Of a DNA stretch of 38,939 bases, positions 8,547 through 15,142 are shown one piece after another (the stretch's first letter is position 1; every line of letters begins with the position of its first letter). The position numbers and the translations under genes are program-made. Origin of the DNA: an uncultured Micavibrio sp. (GTDB lineage Bacteria; Pseudomonadota; Alphaproteobacteria; Micavibrionales; Micavibrionaceae); assembly GCA_963973475.1 (NCBI GenBank), contig CAXBAL010000001.1, forward strand, positions 1-38,939. The letters are read 5' to 3'. Below the pieces are notes generated by a model. It ran no database searches and was not told where the DNA came from. It saw only the letters and a list, made by a program, of their open reading frames with translations.

Positions 8547-8743
8547 AGCCCCCTTCGGGCCGATTTAACAAGACCTTCGCTGACGCTCACCTTCGGCTGA
8601 CTTGCCGGTATCCCCACCTTTCCGCGGCTTCGCCTTGTGCAAGGCGGGTGATCCCCCTCCGGCAAGTCCGGATCATGGTTAAATCTCCCCCGCTTTTGTG
8701 CCGCTATGCGGCTCATAGGAAAGAAGTGCAACACGCACTTTTA
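8547..8743. promoter_or_regulatory. conserved nested-hairpin element, copy 1 (candidate ssDNA promoter/priming signal or structured leader)
   Basis: Near-identical to copy 3 over about 140 nt and to copy 2 in the core and tail. Outer helix: 8598-8607/8658-8667. Middle helix: 8612-8619/8640-8647. Apical helix: 8625-8627/8631-8633. It ends 25 nt before the ParB-like ATG. Confidence 0.6.
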
Positions 8744-8768
8744 ACTAAATCAGCGAAAGGAAAAAACT

Positions 8769-10490
8769 ATGACTTACACAAAACTACCAATCACGAAAAT
8801 TCAGGTTTCGGATGCTAACCCTCGCAAAGCCTTCGATGAGGACTCAATTCTGGGCTTGGCTCAATCCATTAAAACGGACGGGTTGCTTCAAAATCTGATA
8901 GTCGGAAAAGCCAAAGGCAAAAAGAAACTACACCCTATTATCTGCGGTGAACGCCGTTTTCGGGCTATAAGCCATTTGGTTGAGAATGGTGATTTTCCCA
9001 AAGATTACGAGGTTACGGTTGAAATTAAAGACGACCTCGATGCCGATACAGCTTTGCGAATTGCCACAATGGAAAATATCCAGAGGCAAGATTTGACACC
9101 ATTGGAAGAAGCTCAAGCCCTTACCAAATTGGTTCAGGATGGCGAAAAACTCGATGATATTGTCGCGCAAACTGGTCTTAGCGCACACACTGTCAGACGC
9201 CGCCTTGTTCTCATGCAGTTAAGTGAGACCGTCAAAGAATGTCTTGAGACAGGTGAAATTACTCTCTCGCAGGCAGAAGCCTTGAGTATTGGGACTTTTG
9301 AGGAACAGGAACGCTGTCTCAACATGGCAAAATCAGGTTATTGGGATGCCGAGGATATCAAAGACCGTATTTTGGGCGATCTTCCGACCCTATCAATGGC
9401 TATTTTTGAGCGTGAGCTTTACACAGGTGACTATACAACCGACCTTTTAGGTGAGGACGATAACACCTATTTCAATGATGCAGAGCAATTCTTTGAACTG
9501 CAAAAGCAAGCGGCAGAAGAACTGGCAGAATCCTATCGTGAGAAGGCCGATTGGGTGGAATTTGTTGAGGGCTATTTCAGTGCTTGGCAGTATGGCCGCG
9601 CCGAAGAAGGTGAGACAGGAGGCGTTATTGTCTCGTTATCGGCAAGCGGTGCTATTGAAGTCCATGAAGGGCTTATCAAAACCAAGGCTGATGAAGATAC
9701 AGCAAATAGCCTTAAAGTGAAGCCTAAAGCCACCTACCCTACTCCGCTACGCCGTTATATGGCCATGCATAAAAGTATCGCGGTTCAATCGGCTTTGATT
9801 GAAAACCCAAGGGTTGCGAAACAGCTTGCTGTCGTAAACAAGCTATATCGCTTCAAAAACCATGATTGTCTGTCCTATTTCGAGCAGGAAGAGACAACCT
9901 CCCCTGCCCTCGCAATTATCAATGAACAGGCAAAGGCTTTATTGGCGCATTTCGGCCATGACTCCGAAGACGCTACATGGCGCGATTTGGGTTATCTTTT
10001 CAACTATGACCTAGAAGATGCCTATAAAGCTGTCAAAGACTTATCGGATGATGTTTTAGAAAGCCTTTTGGTGACACTGGATGCCTTGGAATTCGGGCAA
10101 TTATTCTGTGAACAGCTTGATACCTATGAGGGCAGTATCTTCAATCAGGTTGCTCAGGATTTGCGTGTTGATATGCGGAATTACTGGCGACCAGATGAAG
10201 CCTTTTTGAAACGCCGTAACAAGGTGCAATTACAGCAGATTGTTACCGATGCAGGGTGCTTTCAGAAATTCGGCAATGTTGCAGGATATAAGAAAAAAGA
10301 GCTTGTTACCTCTATGAGCAAGCATTTTCAGCATGTCCTTACTCTTGAAAGCCCGAATGAAGACGAGTTGAAAGCAACGTTCTGGATTCCAGAAGCTATG
10401 GCTTTCCCTGCGATTGACCCTGATGCCAAACAGGATGAGCTGGATACTATCGAAGAAGATAGTGCCGAGAACTTCAAAGAAGCCGCCTAA
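8769..10490 (+). CDS. ParB/Srx N-terminal-domain protein (large ParB-like leading-region protein)
   Basis: 573 aa. ParB N-domain motifs: ITKIQVSDANPRK, LLQNLIV, ICGERRFRA. An HTH follows (LDDIVAQTGLSAHTVRRRL), then a long C-terminal extension. Confidence 0.8.
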   Translation: MTYTKLPITKIQVSDANPRKAFDEDSILGLAQSIKTDGLLQNLIVGKAKGKKKLHPIICGERRFRAISHLVENGDFPKDYEVTVEIKDDLDADTALRIATMENIQRQDLTPLEEAQALTKLVQDGEKLDDIVAQTGLSAHTVRRRLVLMQLSETVKECLETGEITLSQAEALSIGTFEEQERCLNMAKSGYWDAEDIKDRILGDLPTLSMAIFERELYTGDYTTDLLGEDDNTYFNDAEQFFELQKQAAEELAESYREKADWVEFVEGYFSAWQYGRAEEGETGGVIVSLSASGAIEVHEGLIKTKADEDTANSLKVKPKATYPTPLRRYMAMHKSIAVQSALIENPRVAKQLAVVNKLYRFKNHDCLSYFEQEETTSPALAIINEQAKALLAHFGHDSEDATWRDLGYLFNYDLEDAYKAVKDLSDDVLESLLVTLDALEFGQLFCEQLDTYEGSIFNQVAQDLRVDMRNYWRPDEAFLKRRNKVQLQQIVTDAGCFQKFGNVAGYKKKELVTSMSKHFQHVLTLESPNEDELKATFWIPEAMAFPAIDPDAKQDELDTIEEDSAENFKEAA

Positions 10491-10503
10491 TTTCTCCGAA
10501 CTT

Positions 10504-10537
10504 GCCGCCCGATAATTCGGGCGGCTTTCTTTTTTTA
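10504..10537 (+). terminator. rho-independent terminator after the ParB-like gene
   Basis: The 8-bp GC stem GCCGCCCG/CGGGCGGC has a 6-nt loop and is followed by TTTCTTTTTTT. Confidence 0.7.
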
Positions 10538-10548
10538 AGGATATCCCC

Positions 10549-11208
10549 ATGAGTATTGACGAATTTACCAAAGAATTATTCAATCTAGACCGTTCCAAAT
10601 CAGCCTCAGAGAAATTCAGGGATTTTTGTGAACTGGCTTTTTGCGCCTATGCAAAGCTGACGGCTGCACCCGACCGCGCGGAAGCACTGGAAGAGCGTTA
10701 TATGAATATCGTTCAAACATACCATGACAAAGACACGGTTAGGGCATATCCCCGCCTAATGGCTATGGTCTGGCGCGGTGTGCAAGATGGACAGGACTTT
10801 CTCGGACAGGCCGCCGCCGAATTAAATGCGCTCGATGCCAAAACAGGACAGTTTTTCACACCAATGCCCGTGTCGAGAATGATGGCAATGATTGGATTAC
10901 AAGGCGCAGAGACTGCCATCAAAGAAAAAGGCTTTATTACCCTGAATGAGCCTGCATCGGGCGCAGGCGGGATGATATTAGCCGCCGCGAGCATCATAAA
11001 AGAAATGGGCTATGACCCCTCCTCCCATCTAATCGTGAGCGCACAGGACATTAGCCAGCTTGCTTATCAAATGTGCTTTTTGCAACTGACATTCGCAGGA
11101 ATACCCGCCTATCTGGAGCGTTGCAACAGCTTGTCTATGGAGTCTTTCGACGCTTCTTGGACGCCGGCCACGCTTGCCTTTTACAGGCAGCATGGCCGTC
11201 TTTTTTGA
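10549..11208 (+). CDS. truncated N6-adenine-methyltransferase-like protein (SAM-binding half only, no NPPY/F motif)
   Basis: 219 aa. It has GQFFTP (motif X-like) and LNEPASGAGGM (motif I), plus AQDIS..QMCFLQL (a GQE...N-like region). The protein ends about 25 aa later, and no (D/N/S)PP(Y/F/W) motif occurs anywhere in it. Confidence 0.6.
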   Translation: MSIDEFTKELFNLDRSKSASEKFRDFCELAFCAYAKLTAAPDRAEALEERYMNIVQTYHDKDTVRAYPRLMAMVWRGVQDGQDFLGQAAAELNALDAKTGQFFTPMPVSRMMAMIGLQGAETAIKEKGFITLNEPASGAGGMILAAASIIKEMGYDPSSHLIVSAQDISQLAYQMCFLQLTFAGIPAYLERCNSLSMESFDASWTPATLAFYRQHGRLF

Positions 11209-11224
11209 TCTTGGCTGTATCCGT

Positions 11225-11398
11225 CAAGACCTCCCTTCGGGCCGCTAAAGCGCACAAAAACGGTATCCCCGCCTTTCCGCGTCTTCGACTTGTGCAAGGC
11301 GGGTGATCCCCCTCCGTTTTTGTGGGTCGTGACTGCTCCAGCCGCTTCTTAAGCCGTTTCACGGCACTTCTAGGAAAGAAGTGCAACACACATTTTAA
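11225..11398. promoter_or_regulatory. conserved nested-hairpin element, copy 2
   Basis: Outer helix: 11253-11263/11314-11324 (11 bp, perfect). Middle helix: 11268-11275/11296-11303. Apical helix: 11281-11283/11287-11289. It ends 12 nt before the ardC ATG. Confidence 0.6.
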
Positions 11399-11410
11399 GG
11401 AGAAAAGAAG

Positions 11411-12283
11411 ATGAAACGCACCGATATTTACCAATCCGTTACTGACACAATCATTGAAGCCTTGGAGCAAGGTTTATCAGGTGACTTTGAATTGCCTTGG
11501 CATGGTTGTGGAGGTGTTCCCCAGAACGCCCGCACAGGAAACTATTATCACGGTATCAATGTGCCTTTGCTATGGGCGCACCAGATGAAAAGCGCCTATT
11601 CAAGCGGAACATGGGCAACTTATAAACAATGGCAGGATATGGGCGCACAGGTAAAAAAGGGCGAGAAAGGCCGCCAGATTGTTTTTTGGAAATCCATAGA
11701 AGTCGAGCCAACCGAAGACAATGAACAGCGCGAGCAAATTATGTTTGCCAAATATTCAACTGTCTTTAATGCCGATCAGGTTGATGGATATACCCTGCCC
11801 CAAGATGATTTTGAGCCGAATGATATACAGGCTATTTCTGCGGCAGACCAGCTCATTGACGCTTCAGGCGCAGATATTCGCTTTGATGAGCGCCGCGCAT
11901 ATTACAGCGTCATGGATGATTATATCAATCTACCAAGCCCTGAATTTTTCAGACATACCTGCGGCTCTACAGCTACGCAGAATTACTACAGCACTGCATT
12001 TCACGAGCTTGTTCACTGGACAGGCGCGGAAAAACGCCTGAACCGTGAGCAGAAGCATAGATTTGCTTCAAAAGACTATGCTTTCGAGGAATTGGTCGCA
12101 GAACTTGGCGCCGCCATGCTTTGTGCATCTACAGGCGTAGAGTCAAGCCCCAGAGAAGACCACGCCATTTATATACAAAACTGGCTGAAAGCCTTGAAGG
12201 ACGACAAGAAGTTTATCTTTTCGGCCAGCTCACAGGCACAAAAAGCCGCTGATTATCTCTTTTCTTTCACCAATCAAGATTAA
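11411..12283 (+). CDS. ardC: antirestriction protein ArdC (ssDNA-binding N-domain plus HExxH metalloprotease domain)
   Basis: 290 aa. ArdC N-domain pattern: WHG...PQNARTGNYYHGINVPLLW...WATYKQW. The C-domain has FHELVHWTG and AFEELVAELGAAML. Confidence 0.9.
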   Translation: MKRTDIYQSVTDTIIEALEQGLSGDFELPWHGCGGVPQNARTGNYYHGINVPLLWAHQMKSAYSSGTWATYKQWQDMGAQVKKGEKGRQIVFWKSIEVEPTEDNEQREQIMFAKYSTVFNADQVDGYTLPQDDFEPNDIQAISAADQLIDASGADIRFDERRAYYSVMDDYINLPSPEFFRHTCGSTATQNYYSTAFHELVHWTGAEKRLNREQKHRFASKDYAFEELVAELGAAMLCASTGVESSPREDHAIYIQNWLKALKDDKKFIFSASSQAQKAADYLFSFTNQD

Positions 12284-12295
12284 CCCAAGATAAAA

Positions 12296-12316
12296 GGCAG
12301 GGGAAAGCCCCCTGCC
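12296..12316 (+). terminator. hairpin after ardC (weak terminator)
   Basis: GGCAGGGG-AAAGC-CCCCTGCC. The downstream T tract is poor (CCTTTA). Confidence 0.4.
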
Positions 12317-12336
12317 CCTTTAATGAGGAGCAAATT

Positions 12337-12510
12337 ATGACTTATCTCGTATTCATTGACACGCAATCAGGCGAAAAAACGCATTCCATTTGGAACAACT
12401 GCGAAGACTGTAAGCATCAAGTGGATGTTCTGAACAGCGCAGGCTATTGCGCTTGGTGGGAATTCATACCCGCCGCGCTGAATGCCCCGAATGGCCAATA
12501 TCTTGTCTAA
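12337..12510 (+). CDS. small hypothetical protein (57 aa), below ORF-track length cutoff
   Basis: My translation: MTYLVFIDTQSGEKTHSIWNNCEDCKHQVDVLNSAGYCAWWEFIPAALNAPNGQYLV. A GAGGAG Shine-Dalgarno lies 7 nt upstream of the ATG. Confidence 0.4.
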   Translation: MTYLVFIDTQSGEKTHSIWNNCEDCKHQVDVLNSAGYCAWWEFIPAALNAPNGQYLV

Positions 12511-12547
12511 GCCCCCTACTCTCAATTTTTAAAAAAAGGAATACACT

Positions 12548-12973
12548 ATGCAACAAGCACAAACACTTACATGGGATGAAACTGAGATTGCTAATGCCTA
12601 CGCGGCTGAATTTTTAGCCGCCGAGATAGCCGAGACGGAAGACGAAGCCTTCTCTATGGCAATATCGGATACGCAAGTCATAGAATGGGAATTCGAAGAT
12701 TTTAAGGAACAGCTTAAAACCATTCTTGACGATATTTCGCCCGAAGGCTTTTTCTATGTAGAAGGCCGGAATATGGGCTGGAGACGATTATCAGGCCATG
12801 CGGAGATAAAAGCAGATAGTGCAGAATCCTATATTGAAAAAGCCTTCCCTAAAACATCGGAATGGACGTTTCGAGGCGTTTACACCCCTTCCAAAAAGTC
12901 TTTGGATTATACGCTTTATCACCATGACGCGCCTACTGGAGAGTTTTATACTGTCATTGCAAATTCGGCATAA
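12548..12973 (+). CDS. strongly acidic hypothetical protein (141 aa)
   Basis: An AAGGAA Shine-Dalgarno is present. By my count there are roughly 27 D/E versus 11 K/R. I recognise no family. Confidence 0.6.
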   Translation: MQQAQTLTWDETEIANAYAAEFLAAEIAETEDEAFSMAISDTQVIEWEFEDFKEQLKTILDDISPEGFFYVEGRNMGWRRLSGHAEIKADSAESYIEKAFPKTSEWTFRGVYTPSKKSLDYTLYHHDAPTGEFYTVIANSA

Positions 12974-12984
12974 GGCGTGAAAAG

Positions 12985-13240
12985 GAGTAAGTAGGATTTT
13001 CTTTACCTCTGCATATATAAAAGAGTAAGTACGGAAGTAAAGATTTAGCGAAAATAACACAACGGTAAAACCCTACTTACACTTGTTGGTATTTCACTAA
13101 GACGGTAAGACCTTACTTCTCTAAATCATCAGAAAGGTACTTTACGAAGATGGTAAGTCACTATATACTCTAAATGGTAAGTCATTAACTCTTCACGAGA
13201 ACACCTGCCGACTTACCGTCAAGAATAAGTCACTACTTCA
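12985..13240. repeat. centromere/operator-like array of GTAAG/CTTAC-containing repeats upstream of parA
   Basis: GGTAA(A/G)NC copies occur at 13064, 13104, 13152 and 13176. An inverted GACTTACC lies at 13211-13218. GAGTAAGTA occurs at 12986 and 13023, and ATAAGTCACTACTTC at 13225. Confidence 0.55.
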
Positions 13241-13263
13241 CACCTTTGTTCAAGGAGCTAAAA

Positions 13264-13947
13264 ATGTCATATATTATCGCTATATCCAGCTCAAAAGGCG
13301 GCCCTGGCAAAACCAATACTGTTGCCAACCTCGCCGATTATTGGGCTTTAAAGGGTAAGAAAGTCGCCATGCTCGACTCTGACCCGAACAAAAATCTTTC
13401 CAAATGGTACAATAAGAAAGCCTTCGATGACGCTTTTGCAGGGGTAAGCTTGCAAACCTTAGAGGATGAAGAGCAGATTATCGATGCTGCGGAAGCGGCC
13501 GCGCAGGAACACGACATTGTTTTGATTGATGTAGCCGGTGTGCGGAGTAGGGCGCTTTTATATGCGGCCGGTATTGCCGATCTGGTAATTGTTCCTGCGC
13601 AGCCTTCCGAAGATGATATTGATGAAGCTATCAATACAATCGAGGCTGTTAAAAGTGCAGGGAAGCTTGCCAAGCGCGATATTAAATACCGCGTCCTGTT
13701 GTCTCAAACACGCAAAGGCACGATTGTTTTGGAACACGCCGCCAAGCAGTTTGAGGAAATCAATAATATCAAAATCTTCCGCACGACTATCGGACAACGC
13801 GAAGCCCATAAACAGGCGCGTTTCTACGGTACTACCGTCATGCGCACAGAACCTAAAAGTCCTGCTGCTGAAGACTTTGCAAATCTGGGCAAGGAAATCG
13901 ATAAAGTTTTGAAAGAGGAAGCCAAGCTGCAAAAACAAGCGGCATAA
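13264..13947 (+). CDS. parA: ParA/Soj-type partition ATPase (small, type Ib-like)
   Basis: Deviant Walker A SSSKGGPGKTN. Also DSDPN and LIDVAG. The ATG at 13264 is preceded by AAGGAG. The track ORF starts at a TTG at 13246. Confidence 0.9.
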   Translation: MSYIIAISSSKGGPGKTNTVANLADYWALKGKKVAMLDSDPNKNLSKWYNKKAFDDAFAGVSLQTLEDEEQIIDAAEAAAQEHDIVLIDVAGVRSRALLYAAGIADLVIVPAQPSEDDIDEAINTIEAVKSAGKLAKRDIKYRVLLSQTRKGTIVLEHAAKQFEEINNIKIFRTTIGQREAHKQARFYGTTVMRTEPKSPAAEDFANLGKEIDKVLKEEAKLQKQAA

Positions 13948-13948
13948 G

Positions 13949-13978
13949 TAGAGAAGTCTTTACTTCTGTACTTCTCTA
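13949..13978. repeat. 9-bp inverted repeat TAGAGAAGT/ACTTCTCTA between parA and the ParG-like gene
   Basis: The arms are at 13949-13957 and 13970-13978. The loop contains TACTTC, the same word as in the upstream array. Confidence 0.4.
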
Positions 13979-14004
13979 TTTAATCATTTATGAAAGGGAC
14001 TATC

Positions 14005-14310
14005 ATGGCAAAACCAAGTTTAAAGAATCTTCCGAATGTCGGCACGGAAAACCGTAACGCGGACGAGCTGAAAAAGCGCTTATCAGAAGGGGCAAAGGAT
14101 TATCCAAGCCTGAAAGTGGAAAAAAAGAAGGATGCGACCAAGAAGCGCAAGAAATCCTCTTTATCCATGCCGGAATATGTTTGGGATCTTCTATGGGATG
14201 CGACCAAAGAGAGTAGGGAACCCCAAGGTGTTATCGTAATGCGCGGTTTAAAAGCTTTGGGCTTTGAAATTGATGAAGCCGATCTGGTAGATGCCCGTAA
14301 GACCCGCTAG
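14005..14310 (+). CDS. small basic protein with C-terminal RHH-like fold (ParG-like centromere-binding candidate)
   Basis: It lies immediately after parA. It has a lysine-rich linker and then SLSMPEYVWDLLWDATKESREPQGVIVMRGLKALG. The ATG at 14005 is preceded by GAAAGGGA. Confidence 0.55.
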   Translation: MAKPSLKNLPNVGTENRNADELKKRLSEGAKDYPSLKVEKKKDATKKRKKSSLSMPEYVWDLLWDATKESREPQGVIVMRGLKALGFEIDEADLVDARKTR

Positions 14311-14508
14311 GGTCAGGGCGTTCCCTTGTGCTTTGACAAGCCCAAGGTCAGGCTCTATTCACTAACCAGCCCCAAGCGGCCGAGGCCACTTCGGGCTGCT
14401 AAGTTCACCGAACCTCGGTTGCCCGAGTTTCGGCCCATACGGGTAACGATCCCTAACGCGATCATGGCAAGGCCATTCCTGATAGGAATGGTCATTTGTA
14501 TTTAAAGA

Positions 14509-14700
14509 GGCCGCTTCGGCCCGATTATCAAGACCTTCGCTGACGCTCACCTTCGGCTGCCTTGCCGGTATCCCCACCTTTCCGCGTCTTCGACTTGTGC
14601 AAGGTGGGTGATCCCCCTCCAGCAAGGCCGGGTCATGACAATCTCCTCCCGCTTCAAGCGACAGATTCCTGTCGCCTCGAAAAAAGTATGTTTCGAGGCG
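14509..14700. promoter_or_regulatory. conserved nested-hairpin element, copy 3
   Basis: Outer helix: 14559-14568/14619-14628. Middle helix: 14573-14580/14601-14608. Apical helix: 14586-14588/14592-14594. Two small hairpins follow at 14658-14675 and 14673-14700. It ends 26 nt before the DUF6876 ATG. Confidence 0.6.
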
Positions 14701-14726
14701 CAATTTAAAAGGAAAAGGAGTTCGCT

Positions 14727-15128
14727 ATGACAGACCAACAAACACAATCACTTAACGGCAACCAACGCAACAAGCTGCGCGAGCAGGATTTAGCCAATTT
14801 TTACGGCACAGAAGTCTGGTACAGACACCCCGCTTTTAGAACCTATCTTTATACTGAAGGCGTGCAATATGTTGCAGAACATGGTGAAGCCTATTGGCTT
14901 TTGGATAAAATTTTTGCCTGTCATGCCAGTGTCCCAAAATTATCAGGTGAGGATTTTTGTAGTTGGGAGCTGAATAAGAATGCAGAAGGGCATGGCGCCA
15001 GGCTTATTTGCACAGATGGCAATTATAACGAGCTGTATTCTGAGAGCATTCTCTACACTGATTTTCCGCTTACCAGCATCAAGTTCTATTGTGTGAATAA
15101 TGTCTTGTTGCTCCCCACAGAATATTAA
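14727..15128 (+). CDS. DUF6876-like leading-region protein
   Basis: Pattern: FYGTEVWYRHPAF...YTEGVQYVAEHGEAYWLLDKI...YTDFPL...LLLPTEY. A GGAG Shine-Dalgarno is present. Confidence 0.65.
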   Translation: MTDQQTQSLNGNQRNKLREQDLANFYGTEVWYRHPAFRTYLYTEGVQYVAEHGEAYWLLDKIFACHASVPKLSGEDFCSWELNKNAEGHGARLICTDGNYNELYSESILYTDFPLTSIKFYCVNNVLLLPTEY

Positions 15129-15142
15129 GGGGAGGGCAGGAT

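Noticed and set aside
8513-8734. Minus-strand ORFs at 8513-8734, 11135-11470 and 14362-14703 share a conserved peptide (EGDHPPCT.R.RGK.GIP), which suggests a repeated small gene.
   Set aside because: The shared peptide covers only the nucleotide-conserved hairpin core, and the flanks of the three ORFs are unrelated. They have no convincing start or SD. The differences between copies are compensatory in base-paired helices rather than synonymous in the reading frame. Conservation is explained by structure, not coding.
10230-10598. A minus-strand 122-aa ORF spans the end of the ParB-like gene and the start of the methyltransferase-like gene.
   Set aside because: It crosses a strong plus-strand terminator and overlaps two better-supported plus-strand genes. 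It has no recognisable features.
13338-13938. Antisense and alternative-frame ORFs lie inside parA (13338-13673, 13558-13938, 13589-13912).
   Set aside because: They lie fully within a gene that has clear ParA motifs. They have no recognisable domains or ribosome-binding sites.
14631-14640. The palindrome GTCATGAC directly after the outer helix of copy 3 could be a conserved protein-binding site.
   Set aside because: The corresponding positions in copies 1 (ATCATGGT) and 2 (GTCGTGAC) are not palindromic. The symmetry is probably incidental. Only the GG-R-TC-R-TG word is shared.
8547-14700. The three structured repeats could be a retron msr/msd, a CRISPR array or a MITE.
   Set aside because: No reverse transcriptase, cas genes or transposase lie in the window. 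The copies are 2.5-3 kb apart rather than regularly spaced with short spacers. I see no terminal inverted repeats or target duplications. Each copy sits at a fixed distance and orientation upstream of a gene start.
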